Origin: Gammaproteobacteria bacterium | GTDB taxonomy: Bacteria; Pseudomonadota; Gammaproteobacteria; Eutrophobiales; Eutrophobiaceae | Assembly: GCA_030829955.1 (NCBI GenBank) | Contig: JAURNY010000031.1 | Coordinates: 5,374-69,373 of the forward strand | Length of the DNA: 64,000 bases | Reading direction: 5' to 3' | In this document: positions 9,608 through 20,287 of the stretch, piece by piece | Numbering within the stretch: the first letter of the stretch is position 1 | Layout of the letters: the number at the start of each line of letters is the position of its first letter | The notes under the pieces: generated by a model | What the model saw: only the letters and a program-made list of their open reading frames with translations | Told to the model about the DNA's origin: nothing | Database searches by the model: none | Position numbers and translations under genes: made by a program

Positions 9608-10780
9608 ATGGCAGAAGAAATTTCGATAGAGTTCTCAATTTTTCTTATCTTCACCGGCGCAGCAGTTATCGCCACGCTTGCGCTGTATGCGCGGCAGGCC
9701 ATGATCGTTGCTTATATCCTTTTAGGTCTCATTATGGGCCCCTGGGGGTTGAGTTATATTAATGATGCCGAGCTTATCAGTGACATATCCAAAATAGGCA
9801 TTATCTTTCTGCTTTATTTATTAGGACTGGATTTACTGCCACAACAATTATGGAATATGTTGCGTGAAGCATTGGAAGTAACTTTGTTTAGTTCGCTTGT
9901 TTTTTGTCTAGTCGGATTTGGTATTGGCTATCTATTTGGTTACGAATTATTGCAATCCTTATTGATTGGTGCAGTGATGATGTTTTCCAGTACGATTATA
10001 GGCTTGAAACTATTACCGACAACAACACTGCATCATAAACATACTGGTCAAATTATCATTAGCGTGCTTTTGATACAGGATTTGATTGCTATTGTTATTT
10101 TGTTATTGTTGCAAGGGTATGGAAAGGGCGGCAATATTCTGGCAAGCATTGCCGGGCAGTTATTCTATTTGCCGTTACTGGCATTGTTCTGCTATCTATT
10201 TGAGCGTTATGTCCTAATTAAATTATTAATGCGGTTTGATCAGATTCATGAATATATCTTCTTAGTAGCTATTGGCTGGTGTCTCGGTGTAGCTGAAATT
10301 GCACATTTTGTCGGGTTGTCTCATGAAATTGGTGCATTCCTTGCGGGTATTACGCTGGCATCGAGTCCGATTGCCTTGTTTATTACTGAAAGACTTAAGC
10401 CACTACGCGATTTCTTTTTGATTATTTTCTTCTTTTCTCTTGGCGCTGGTTTTAATATGTCTGTCGTCAGTGAGATTATACTACCCGCGACAATGTTAGC
10501 GATGGCAGCCCTGGTATTGAAGCCATTAGTTATTGGCGGGCTTTTACAAATGGAGGGTGAAAAAAAGAGTGTTTCATTTGAGTCTGGTTTTAGGCTTGGG
10601 CAAATCAGTGAGTTTTCTTTATTAATTGCTGTATTGGCACTAGAGTCAGGTTTTATTTTGGAAAAGACATCTTACTTAATACAGCTCGCCACATTAATTA
10701 CCTTTGTCGTGTCTTCCTATATCATAGTACTAAGATATCCTACACCTATATCGGTTAATTCAAGATTACGACGAGACTAG
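9608..10780 (+). CDS. CPA2-family cation:proton antiporter (KefB/C-like membrane domain)
   Basis: Polytopic; FSSTIIGLK, LLIQDL, LRDFF and GQISEFS motifs; no C-terminal KTN domain. Confidence 0.88.
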   Translation: MAEEISIEFSIFLIFTGAAVIATLALYARQAMIVAYILLGLIMGPWGLSYINDAELISDISKIGIIFLLYLLGLDLLPQQLWNMLREALEVTLFSSLVFCLVGFGIGYLFGYELLQSLLIGAVMMFSSTIIGLKLLPTTTLHHKHTGQIIISVLLIQDLIAIVILLLLQGYGKGGNILASIAGQLFYLPLLALFCYLFERYVLIKLLMRFDQIHEYIFLVAIGWCLGVAEIAHFVGLSHEIGAFLAGITLASSPIALFITERLKPLRDFFLIIFFFSLGAGFNMSVVSEIILPATMLAMAALVLKPLVIGGLLQMEGEKKSVSFESGFRLGQISEFSLLIAVLALESGFILEKTSYLIQLATLITFVVSSYIIVLRYPTPISVNSRLRRD

Positions 10781-10786
10781 AACCTA

Positions 10787-11266
10787 ATGAATAAAAAAAT
10801 AAAAATTATTGCATCTATTATTACTGCTTTAGCGCTACTGGTGGCAGGTGTTGTTGTTGCCGATTATTTCAAATTATTAGGCACCACCACCAATACATAT
10901 CTTGATTTTATCGAGGTCAGGGTTAGAACACTGGATAAGGCTAATGGTAATTTAATCGTTGGTGCTGGAGTGCGTTGTTATTCAAGACATAATATAAATG
11001 CCTGTACCTTAAGAGATAGCCATCAAGCCGGCATCGTTGCTGTACATATTCCTTACAGACGTATTGTTGAATCCAGTTTATTTTTTACTAAAAATGAAGA
11101 AATTAAAAAACCATCGGATAAAAATATCAATATAATATTTATTCATAATGATTATTTGAATACTCATCTTGGATTAAATGTTGATGAAATGTTTGAGAAT
11201 TCTGGCAAGGAGTATGTGGTGAAAATGCCTGCGCGTGACTGGGGTGTAAGAGGGGCTGAGTCATAG
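10787..11266 (+). CDS. hypothetical membrane-anchored/exported protein
   Basis: Basic N-terminus, one hydrophobic helix, two Cys; operonic spacing with its neighbours (6 and 3 nt). Confidence 0.7.
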   Translation: MNKKIKIIASIITALALLVAGVVVADYFKLLGTTTNTYLDFIEVRVRTLDKANGNLIVGAGVRCYSRHNINACTLRDSHQAGIVAVHIPYRRIVESSLFFTKNEEIKKPSDKNINIIFIHNDYLNTHLGLNVDEMFENSGKEYVVKMPARDWGVRGAES

Positions 11267-11269
11267 CCA

Positions 11270-11893
11270 ATGAGTGAAGAACTCGATTATCTATTAAGCG
11301 TTAGAAAAGAAGCGCTTGGCCCCTATTTTGAATTCCTTAAAAAAGCGGGCAATCATCTTGATGCAAAAACACGATCTTTATTATCTGTTATTACAAAAGT
11401 AGATGCGCAGACAGAAGCAGGCTTTAAACAATATTTGACCCGGGCATTACGTGAAGGAAATAGTGCGGATGAAATATTGGATGCCTTGTTAGTTTGTATA
11501 CCAACATTAGGTTTTTCCAAGATTATCTGGGCAGTGCATACCATTCTTGAAATGGATATTCCCGATTTTCATGTCGAACAACTGGGCAAGGCAAAAGAAT
11601 GGCATGACGTGATCAATCTCAATGAACTCAAAGAAGGTGCATCCAGGTTTGAAGTAGGTGCTCATGCCTGCTTTGTATTCAAGCAAGGCGATGGAATTAA
11701 GGTATATGATAGTCGTTGTCCGCATCAGGTTACGAATATACCTGAACTGGCAATTGAACAAACCTCGCTGACTTGTCCAAAACATCAGTGGAAGTTTGAT
11801 CTGGGTAGCGGTGAGTGTGTTGAAAAAGGCAATCGTATGCTCAGCTGCTTTGAACATAAGATTGAAAATAATCATCTGTATGTTCTTATCTAG
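11270..11893 (+). CDS. CMD/AhpD-like domain fused to a Rieske [2Fe-2S] ferredoxin domain
   Basis: N-half LDAKTRSLLSV...ALREGNSADEILDALL has the CMD pattern; C-half has CPH-x16-CPKH followed by W.FDL.SG.C. Confidence 0.8.
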   Translation: MSEELDYLLSVRKEALGPYFEFLKKAGNHLDAKTRSLLSVITKVDAQTEAGFKQYLTRALREGNSADEILDALLVCIPTLGFSKIIWAVHTILEMDIPDFHVEQLGKAKEWHDVINLNELKEGASRFEVGAHACFVFKQGDGIKVYDSRCPHQVTNIPELAIEQTSLTCPKHQWKFDLGSGECVEKGNRMLSCFEHKIENNHLYVLI

Positions 11894-13878
11894 TTTATCG
11901 ACATTGTTTGTTCGTTAACTTTACTTATCAATTCCTGTCTAGCAGTTTGCTTATTACTATTTAAGCTGAATCGATATCGATAATGTAAGGCAATAATTTC
12001 ATAAAGCTGATTAGCATCAGGTAGAATACGTTTTATCCATTGCGACAATGTTTCAGCTGGTCGTCGTGCATCGTATTTTTTTTCCAATATATACATCAAT
12101 TCATAAAATGGAGAATCGGTGCCATAGATTTCCACATTATTTGAAGCGTTTGAGCCGATTGATTGTTTGCTTAATCGTTCTTTTCTTGAAAAACTCCAGA
12201 TTAGATAAAGTGCCAGCGGAATTAACAACCAGGCGAAATTAAAATCATCATTAGCACTGGCATCAATGTCTTCACTGGTAATGATATAACGCAACCATGA
12301 AAAGAAATCATATATCGGTTCCAGAAAAGTGCTGTCGGCTGATTCCATTGGAGCCCAAACAGCAGGCGTTGTATCCAGTATTCGCCATTTGCCATCCAGA
12401 TAATATTGCACCCATGAATGTGCATCTCTGCCACGGATTAAATAGCCATCTTCCCAGTCACTATATTCTGACATGACATAACCAACTGTATAACGTGCAG
12501 GTATGCCTGCTTCTCTTAAAAGTAACGTAGTTGCTGTTGCAAAGTATTCACAATGACCTCGCTTATTGTCGAATAGAAAATGTTCCAGATATTTGCCTTT
12601 TGGATAACGTTGGTTTTGACTGGGTGAGTAATAAAAATTATCAGCGAAATAGCGTTGGATAGTAGTAATAACTTCTTTGTGAGTTTTATTGTCTAGTTCA
12701 AGTTCATCAGCTAATGTTTTGAAAGTGTCTTTGTATTTATCATAGATATAACTATCTTGCTCATTTGGTAATCCGTCATAAAATAGTTCATCTGTTGTTT
12801 TAAGGCGGTAATTGATCCAGCCTTCACGCGCGTCAATTCGAATAACGCCATTTTCATTAGTTTCAATTTGTACAAGATCCTGCCCCGTCAGAGATTGTGT
12901 ATTTGTCGGTATTGCTGTGATGGCAGACTGATCCTGCATATATATACCGACATCATAAGATTTTAAAACTGTTTGAGTTCTATTCAGAATCCATTCTTTT
13001 TTATTAGATGTTTTTTGAATAGGGTTGAAATCAGTGGCAGGGTTACTCCAAATACCATATTCATATTTGCTGTAGGTGAGTTCCTGTAAATAGACAGGCT
13101 GTTTATTTTCTACTTTTGTATGAACACGCATTAATATGCGGTCTGACAATTTAAGTCTGCCTAATTGACCGATTGCGGTCATCTTTCTGTCTGGATCAGA
13201 ACTACGCCAGCCATAATGATCAATTAAGCTCATAAAGAATGTTTCTGTCGCACTATGCATTCTTTTTATGCCTGTTTGTGTCACAAAAGCCAGTAAGAAT
13301 GCAATACAGACAGGTAAAGCCCATTTATAAAATGCGATATGTTTTGGTCTAAATGTATTGCCTATCCAGAAGAACATGACGGCACAAGCAATAAAAAATA
13401 ATGTGTTTTCTTTATGACCAGAGCTAGCAGAGATTAGGCACATAAATAAATACGGCATGCTGATATCGATTTCATAGAGTAATTCGTCATTAGCATCTTT
13501 TCCCAGGCGTCTGATACTTAGAAATAATGCAGAGGTTTTAATGGTGTTGTGTGGGCTATAGCGTTGTATTAATAAAATCAGAAATAGAGTGAACGGTAAT
13601 AGCTCCAGAATTTTATAAATTCCATTAGCACCATAATTAACGAAGACGTAAACAATCGTAAGGAAAAATAACAAGCCACTGAGATCAACGATCTGGTTAA
13701 TGTCTTTATCACTGAAATTGATACGAAAATTAATAATCCAATAAGCCTCAAGCAAAATGCCCATGACGATGGCAAATATTAGATAGTCTGTTTGCCAGCC
13801 CCATATAAGCAATGCCACTAATATGGATAAGGGAGGGGCGGGTAATAATTTTTTTCTACTGGAGACTACATCACTCAT
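11890..13878 (-). CDS. membrane transglutaminase-like protein (TgpA-type)
   Basis: N-terminal multi-TM region; catalytic triad in GHCEYFA, DAHSWVQ and ILDTTP. Confidence 0.88.
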   Translation of the reverse strand: MSDVVSSRKKLLPAPPLSILVALLIWGWQTDYLIFAIVMGILLEAYWIINFRINFSDKDINQIVDLSGLLFFLTIVYVFVNYGANGIYKILELLPFTLFLILLIQRYSPHNTIKTSALFLSIRRLGKDANDELLYEIDISMPYLFMCLISASSGHKENTLFFIACAVMFFWIGNTFRPKHIAFYKWALPVCIAFLLAFVTQTGIKRMHSATETFFMSLIDHYGWRSSDPDRKMTAIGQLGRLKLSDRILMRVHTKVENKQPVYLQELTYSKYEYGIWSNPATDFNPIQKTSNKKEWILNRTQTVLKSYDVGIYMQDQSAITAIPTNTQSLTGQDLVQIETNENGVIRIDAREGWINYRLKTTDELFYDGLPNEQDSYIYDKYKDTFKTLADELELDNKTHKEVITTIQRYFADNFYYSPSQNQRYPKGKYLEHFLFDNKRGHCEYFATATTLLLREAGIPARYTVGYVMSEYSDWEDGYLIRGRDAHSWVQYYLDGKWRILDTTPAVWAPMESADSTFLEPIYDFFSWLRYIITSEDIDASANDDFNFAWLLIPLALYLIWSFSRKERLSKQSIGSNASNNVEIYGTDSPFYELMYILEKKYDARRPAETLSQWIKRILPDANQLYEIIALHYRYRFSLNSNKQTARQELISKVNEQTMSIN

Positions 13879-15251
13879 TATGCAGCAACCTTTGGCGCTT
13901 GTTTTAATTGATCAAGTGTTATTTGTACGTTGTCCGTAGGGATAAACACAGGTGAAATATGCTGAAATTGAATATTTATATCTGCAGATTGTTCATCAGT
14001 AATGATAAAGGCTGTTGCTGGCATGCCAAGCTGATCCAGTTGTTTTAAAAATGTTTGCCGTTCAATATCAAATTCCAGAAGCACACAAATCAAACCGCAA
14101 CATTCATTAATATGCGAATTCAATAAAGCAAATAAATCAGATAAATTATTCTCTGAATTTGATTCAGCACAGGCGAGTATTTCCAGGATAGATTGTGTTT
14201 GGTGATGCCCCTTACCTGAAGTGTATCGATAGGCACGATTGCCAATAAACATCAGATCAAGCAATGAATCCTGTTGTTTGTGACTGGCTACAAATGATGC
14301 AGCAATCGAAACGGCTTCTTCAAAAACCGGAATTGTATTTCCGGGGGATAGAAATGTATCAAGTATTAATCCATATCGAACCTGATATTCATCCTGATAT
14401 TCTTTAACAACAGGTTTACCTAATCGTGCATAGCTGCGCCAATGAATTGCGCGTAGTGGGTCACCAGGGCGGTATTCTCGTAATGATACAAACTCTTGCG
14501 TATCACCTTTTTTAGATACCTGTTGACGATTTCCAGATAGATACATTCGATGACCAATCATATCCAGTTCCGGGAGCTGATATAGTTTTGGTAAAATCAG
14601 TATTTTATCTTTTTGTGAAAATGATTTTATCGATTGGAACAAACCAAGTGGTTCACTTCTGGCAAGCATAATTTTATTTAAATACACATAACCACGTCGT
14701 AAAGGCTTAAACCTGATTTTTTCTTCGATGGAATGATGGCTGGCTATGTAATCCACATTGACTGAAGGAATACTTCCTCCTCGTTTATACCGTAATAAAT
14801 TGATCAGCCTTGGATAGCCAACAATACGATCAAAGCGAAAACGTTTTTTATCCAGAGGGTCTGATGATTTGGCAAAGTAAGAAAAATCCGGAAACTCGGA
14901 ATAAAGTTCGTCAATTATAATTAGGTTTTGAATAGTCTGCTTACTGTTGTTATTTATGATACAACGATATTCAAGTAATTCACCAACCATGCCTGTATCA
15001 GGTAAGATTCTTCTTATTTCATACTGTTTACGATGTAATAGCGACAATATAAATGCCGTACATAAGAGTAAAAATGCGATTGAAAATAATTGAAATGACA
15101 AGGTTGAACGGGTATCGATACCAAATATGCCGGCAGTGATCATAATGATCAACATCATTAAACCATGTTGGGTAAATCGATATTTCAGAAACTGATTTAG
15201 TCGATAGAAAAGTTTAAAGTTTTTAAACAGTAATCGACGAAACATAATCAA
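13878..15251 (-). CDS. DUF58 domain protein
   Basis: EFVSLREYRPGDPLRAIHWRSYAR and FEEAVSIAAS motifs. Alternative start ATG 15245. Confidence 0.9.
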   Translation of the reverse strand: MIMFRRLLFKNFKLFYRLNQFLKYRFTQHGLMMLIIMITAGIFGIDTRSTLSFQLFSIAFLLLCTAFILSLLHRKQYEIRRILPDTGMVGELLEYRCIINNNSKQTIQNLIIIDELYSEFPDFSYFAKSSDPLDKKRFRFDRIVGYPRLINLLRYKRGGSIPSVNVDYIASHHSIEEKIRFKPLRRGYVYLNKIMLARSEPLGLFQSIKSFSQKDKILILPKLYQLPELDMIGHRMYLSGNRQQVSKKGDTQEFVSLREYRPGDPLRAIHWRSYARLGKPVVKEYQDEYQVRYGLILDTFLSPGNTIPVFEEAVSIAASFVASHKQQDSLLDLMFIGNRAYRYTSGKGHHQTQSILEILACAESNSENNLSDLFALLNSHINECCGLICVLLEFDIERQTFLKQLDQLGMPATAFIITDEQSADINIQFQHISPVFIPTDNVQITLDQLKQAPKVAA

Positions 15252-16183
15252 ACCGGCACGGCAATATCGCTCATAATATCATCTACGATGGATTCAGTTG
15301 TCTTGCCTGAAAAACGCGAGGCTGAATTTACAGCAATTCTGTGAGCAATCACCGGAATCGCAATTTCCTGAATATGATCGGGTGTCACAAAATCAAGCCC
15401 ATCAAATAATGCTAATGCCTGTGCTGATTTCATCATGGCAATAGATGCGCGTGGACTGGCGCCATTATTAACACCTTCAATTTCGCGTGTCGCCCTGACT
15501 AACGTCACCAGATATTGTTTTATCTCAGGACTGATTTGAATATTGCTTAGTGCATCTTTCACTACTTGTATTGAATCCATGTCGACACAAGCTTGAATGT
15601 TTAACAAAGGATGTTGGTGGTTTTGTTGATCAAGAATATCGATTTCTTCGGTTTCACTGACATAACCTAGACTTAATCGCATCGAGAAACGATCCATTTG
15701 CGCTTCTGGTAAAGGGTAGGTGCCATGATATTCAACCGGGTTTTGTGTAGCGATAACAAAAAATAATTTATCCAGCGGATAAATCTGTCGTTCTATACTG
15801 ACCTGTCTTTCTCCCATCGCCTCCAGTAGTGCAGACTGTGTTCTGGGTGAAGCACGATTGATTTCATCAGCAAGTAATATATTGCTAAATATTGGACCTT
15901 GATGAAACTCAAAGACTTGAGATTGTTGATTGAAAATCGATACACCTAGTATATCGGTGGGTAACAGGTCAGGTGTAAACTGGATGCGCTGAAAGTCGGC
16001 ATTAATTGATTTTGCCAATGCCTTTGCCATGGTGGTTTTGCCTGTGCCCGGGACATCTTCGAGTAATACGTGGCCATCACTAAAAAAAGCAGCCAGCAAA
16101 TGTCGAATTGTCCTAGACTGTCCCTGTATAACTTTCTCTATATTGGCAAACAGTATTTGATATGTTTCTATGGGAGACATCAT
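15248..16183 (-). CDS. MoxR-family AAA+ ATPase
   Basis: HVLLEDVPGTGKT, RIQFTPDLLPTD, LLADEINRA and GTYPLPEAQMDRF motifs. Confidence 0.95.
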   Translation of the reverse strand: MMSPIETYQILFANIEKVIQGQSRTIRHLLAAFFSDGHVLLEDVPGTGKTTMAKALAKSINADFQRIQFTPDLLPTDILGVSIFNQQSQVFEFHQGPIFSNILLADEINRASPRTQSALLEAMGERQVSIERQIYPLDKLFFVIATQNPVEYHGTYPLPEAQMDRFSMRLSLGYVSETEEIDILDQQNHQHPLLNIQACVDMDSIQVVKDALSNIQISPEIKQYLVTLVRATREIEGVNNGASPRASIAMMKSAQALALFDGLDFVTPDHIQEIAIPVIAHRIAVNSASRFSGKTTESIVDDIMSDIAVPV

Positions 16184-16236
16184 TATTCTTCACATTATTA
16201 TTAGAATAGCCTATCAAAAGCGGAGTGTAATCACAC

Positions 16237-16842
16237 ATGTTTAATAAAGAAATTGAGACAAAGGCCAAAATTCATGAACTCATAGCTGGTCGCTGGAGTG
16301 GCAGGGCATATGACGCAGATAAAATAGTCAGTCGCGAACAAATTATTTCAATATTAGAAGCCGCTCGCTGGGCACCTTCCTGTTATGGCGATCAACCCTG
16401 GCGATTTTTAGTATTTGATAAATCTACGAATCAAATTGCATGGGACAAAGCTTTTGAATGCTTGGCTGCCGGCAATCAGAGCTGGGCAAAACATGCCCCA
16501 GTTTTATTATTAGCCTGTGCAGATTCTATTTTGTCAAAAACAGGCGATGCCAATCGTTGGGGGCAATACGATACCGGTGCTGCGAGTGAAAACCTGTGTT
16601 TGCAAGCCGCAGCTTTGGGTTTAATGACTCATCAAATGGGTGGTTTCGATGCAAATAAAACTCGGAAAATATTTGAGATACCGGATCAATATATGCCAAT
16701 GGCGATGATTACTATCGGTTATCAATTACCTGAATCAAAAATTGAAGGCGACATGAAAGAAAGAGAATATACATCGCGCAGTCGTAATGATTTATCTGAA
16801 AATTTCTTTGAGGGTCACTGGCAAGTGCCCATTAAAATCTAA
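16237..16842 (+). CDS. nitroreductase family protein
   Basis: RWSGRAY, EAARWAPS...QPWRF and HQMGGFD motifs. Confidence 0.9.
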   Translation: MFNKEIETKAKIHELIAGRWSGRAYDADKIVSREQIISILEAARWAPSCYGDQPWRFLVFDKSTNQIAWDKAFECLAAGNQSWAKHAPVLLLACADSILSKTGDANRWGQYDTGAASENLCLQAAALGLMTHQMGGFDANKTRKIFEIPDQYMPMAMITIGYQLPESKIEGDMKEREYTSRSRNDLSENFFEGHWQVPIKI

Positions 16843-16853
16843 ACCTTAACTTC

Positions 16854-18176
16854 ATGGAAAAGAAACTGGCAAGCCGAGCCTTTTGGCTGTTGGCAGGGCC
16901 GATGATCATCAGTAATGTCAGTGTGGCATTACTGGGGCTTGTCGATACTGCGGTTATCGGACATCTCGATAGCGCCGTCTATTTAGGCGGTGTAGCGATT
17001 GGTTCTGTCATATTTGATTTTCTTTATTGGGGCATGGGTTTTCTGCGCATGGGCACGACTGGCATGATCGCGCAAACTCATGGACAGGAAGATGCCAACG
17101 CCATGCGTACAACACTGGGGCAATCATTATTAATTGGTCTGGTGTTAGCAACAGTTATTCTTGTTTTTCAAACACCGATTATTAATACAGGTTTGCATCT
17201 GTTGGATGGCAGCGAAGAAGTGAAATACTACGCTGATATTTATTGCCAATGGATGATATGGGGTGCGCCGGCATTAATCGTTTTATTTTCAATTAACGGT
17301 TTTTTACTAGGCATGCAAAATGCTGTCTCCACACTCAAACTCGCCATCATTGTGAATGCTATCAACATCGTGCTTGATATTGTGTTCGTGGTAGGTCTGG
17401 AGATGGATGTTAAAGGTGTCGCACTGGCAACCGTGATTGCACAATATACTGGCGTGATAATTGGTTTATGGTTTGTAAGAAAGGAATTAAAAAGCTATCA
17501 AGGCCATTGGTTGTTTAAGCAAATTATCAATGTTGAAAAACTAAAACGCTTTTTGTCACTGAATAACGATATTTTTATACGAACGATCTGTTTAATACTT
17601 GTCTTTGCGTTTTTTACCCGTGAAGGAGCAAGAAACAGCGATCTTATTCTTGCCGCAAACAGTATATTGATGAAATTCTATTTGCTTATGGCGTTGGCAT
17701 TGGATGGATTCAATCATGCAGCTGAAGCATTGGTCGGTAAGGCAGTCGGATCACGCAATAAACAAATTTTTAATTTATCTGTTCAGCTCGCATTGAAGTG
17801 GTCACTTGTTTTTGGAACAGCGTTTACACTTTTTTACTGGTTAGCAGGTGATTGGTTGATCGCCATGATGACTGATCTGGAAACAGTAAGAGATGTTGCC
17901 GAGATCTATTTGCCATGGATGATTGCAATGCCGTTAGTTTCAATCTGGTGTTTCTTATTAGACGGGATATTTATCGGTGCAACGCGTGGCAAGGAAATGC
18001 GCAATTCAATGCTGGTATGCACCTTTGTCTGCTTTCTTCCACTTTGGTATATGTTTCAGTTCCTGGATAATCACGGACTTTGGCTGGCGTTCACCTTGTT
18101 TATCTTAGTAAGAGGAATAACGTTGGGACTTTATTATTTTTATATTGAGAAGAAAAAGGGTTTTATTGGGGTTTAA
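16854..18176 (+). CDS. MATE efflux transporter (DinF-like)
   Basis: PMIISN...LLGLVDTAVIGH, FLRMGTTG, DIFIRT and LDGIFIGAT motifs. Confidence 0.9.
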   Translation: MEKKLASRAFWLLAGPMIISNVSVALLGLVDTAVIGHLDSAVYLGGVAIGSVIFDFLYWGMGFLRMGTTGMIAQTHGQEDANAMRTTLGQSLLIGLVLATVILVFQTPIINTGLHLLDGSEEVKYYADIYCQWMIWGAPALIVLFSINGFLLGMQNAVSTLKLAIIVNAINIVLDIVFVVGLEMDVKGVALATVIAQYTGVIIGLWFVRKELKSYQGHWLFKQIINVEKLKRFLSLNNDIFIRTICLILVFAFFTREGARNSDLILAANSILMKFYLLMALALDGFNHAAEALVGKAVGSRNKQIFNLSVQLALKWSLVFGTAFTLFYWLAGDWLIAMMTDLETVRDVAEIYLPWMIAMPLVSIWCFLLDGIFIGATRGKEMRNSMLVCTFVCFLPLWYMFQFLDNHGLWLAFTLFILVRGITLGLYYFYIEKKKGFIGV

Positions 18177-18212
18177 TTAATTTGATAGATACTTTGGTTT
18201 GGTTATTACAAT

Positions 18213-18626
18213 CTAATCATCTGCTTGTTCAGGTGACTGTCTGACAAAACGAATTATATGCCGTCTATCACGTTTCGTCGGTCTGCCACGTGTTCTTGGA
18301 AAGGCAGCTGAATCTGCTTTGAGTTGTTGATTTAATAAATCACGCTTTTCAATGCTTTCCTGTGTTTCCTGATACAGTCCGGCAGCTAACGTTGCTGATA
18401 CCCGATTTGGGACGAGTTTGAGTATCTCGATTTGATATTCAAACGGTGGTTTTTTAATAATAATTTTATTGCCGGGCTGTATTGTTCTCGCCGGTTTTAC
18501 ATGATCACCATCGACTTTGATCTTATTGCCTTTAATGGCTGTCGTTGCCAGTGCGCGTGTTTTAAAGAAGCGGGCACACCAAAGCCATTTATCAAGTCGC
18601 ATGGAAGTGAGTTCTTGTTGAGCCAT
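18213..18626 (-). CDS. hslR: ribosome-associated heat shock protein Hsp15 (S4 domain)
   Basis: MRLDKWLWCARFFKTR and GRPTKRDRR motifs. Confidence 0.92.
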   Translation of the reverse strand: MAQQELTSMRLDKWLWCARFFKTRALATTAIKGNKIKVDGDHVKPARTIQPGNKIIIKKPPFEYQIEILKLVPNRVSATLAAGLYQETQESIEKRDLLNQQLKADSAAFPRTRGRPTKRDRRHIIRFVRQSPEQADD

Positions 18627-18719
18627 GTGCTAATTATATTCTCTATTTAGTCTATGTGTCATACCGCTGAAGAAAGGAGTATGATACAGATAATAAATTT
18701 AATATTGTCCGTTAATACT

Positions 18720-19244
18720 ATGAGCGAAATAAAAAGAGAATTAATCCCGTTAAATATCTGTGTGCTAACAGTTTCAGATTCGCGTACTGAGGAAACAGAT
18801 AAATCTGGCAAGATTCTGAAAGAACGACTGGAAGAAGCAGGGCACAACTGCTTTGACAAACAGATTGTGCCGGATGATATTTATCAAATTCGTTACGTAG
18901 TGTCGCAATGGATCGCTGATCCAAATGTTCAGGCGATATTAACAACGGGTGGCACGGGGATTACGGGGCGAGATGGCACTCCTGAAGCAGTGAGTGTGTT
19001 GTTTGATAAAGTGATAGATGGTTTCGGCGAAACCTTTCGTTCAATTTCTTATGAACAAATCAAAACATCGACGATTCAATCGAGAGCAATTGCCGGCGTT
19101 GCGAATGGTACTTTTGTTTTTGCCTTGCCAGGTTCAATGGGCGCATGTAAAACAGCATGGGATGAATTGATTAGCCATCAACTCGATTATCGCACTCGTC
19201 CGTGTAATTTAGTCGAGCTTATGCCACGTTTATTAGAGAAGTAA
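18720..19244 (+). CDS. moaB: molybdenum cofactor biosynthesis protein B
   Basis: VLTVSDSR, TTGGTGITGRDGTPEA, LPGS and RPCNLVE motifs; start set at ATG 18720. Confidence 0.93.
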   Translation: MSEIKRELIPLNICVLTVSDSRTEETDKSGKILKERLEEAGHNCFDKQIVPDDIYQIRYVVSQWIADPNVQAILTTGGTGITGRDGTPEAVSVLFDKVIDGFGETFRSISYEQIKTSTIQSRAIAGVANGTFVFALPGSMGACKTAWDELISHQLDYRTRPCNLVELMPRLLEK

Positions 19245-19245
19245 C

Positions 19246-20246
19246 CTAATTACTTAAGTGCTCTTCTAAGCCCTCAATCGAGAAATATATTAATAAAGAT
19301 CGTTGCAGGGCGTTATCGTTATCATCACTGATCATGAAGAAATGATTGCCTTTGTGCCAGGCAATACCTTCAAAGTTATCATTAAACAATTGGTTTGTGG
19401 GTCTGAACTGCGCAAGTTTATCTTGTATTAATTGATGTTGATTAAATTTTAATAAATGAATGGTGTTGGTTATCCCGGCGAATATGCCCGGAAAACTTCT
19501 TTCCAATGCAATAACATCGCCATTGCCTAACGTCGTTAATCCGACTAATGATCCATATTCCTCATTCTCAGGTATGAAAGACCATTCATGTAGTTTAGGA
19601 ATGGCGAATAGATTTGTCGTTTTATTCTCTAACGGACGTTCGCTGCCGACAAGAAAGTCATATTGTGAATGTTCGGTAATGGCTTCAAATGATTTATTTT
19701 CACTTTGAAAATAACTGATATCGCTTAAATGATTGGGTAATGGGATTGATGCTTGCCAAACACCGTCGACACTATAACGAATGATGCGTGAACGTCTCTC
19801 GTAGCTGACAATTAATTGAGTGTCGTCTGCAATACCATTGCTTGAATTGATTAGCGCCAACCCTTCGCTATCGGAGAATTTATATCTTACAGGTTTGCCT
19901 TTTTTATCCTGCAAGGGGTAATAAGCTAAAAGTTGAACATCAATTAATTTGTCGTTTTCGAAAACAGGGCGAAGGTGGTGATATAGCCACGATCTGATAA
20001 TGCATACAAGATGGCATTATCTTCATCCCAGGCAATGCCCGAAAATTCCATTAAGGCTTTGCCACTACTACTTTTTTTATGCAGCTTTAATGCGCCTTTT
20101 AGATTGATATTTTGTTCAAGATATAAGTTCGCCTGTTCGCCAGTGTAATCTAACGCATCTGCTATGGATTCAGTCGCATTTACTGAAAAACTGTGAATTA
20201 ACAGTATAAAGACAAGTAATTTGTGAAGAGAATACAGATTAAACAT
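19246..20246 (-). pseudogene. esterase-like activity of phytase family protein, split by a frameshift near 19980
   Basis: The upstream ORF has a signal peptide and EFSGIAWD...LYALSDRG; the downstream ORF has DSEGL, NKSFEA, ALER and DNFEGI...MISDDN. A 1-nt shift at TATATCACCAC joins them (GYI/HHLRPVFENDKLIDVQLLAYYPLQDKKG). Confidence 0.75.
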
Positions 20247-20287
20247 ATAATATGTAGGTATTTTATAAAGATTGGTTACAGTTCAGC

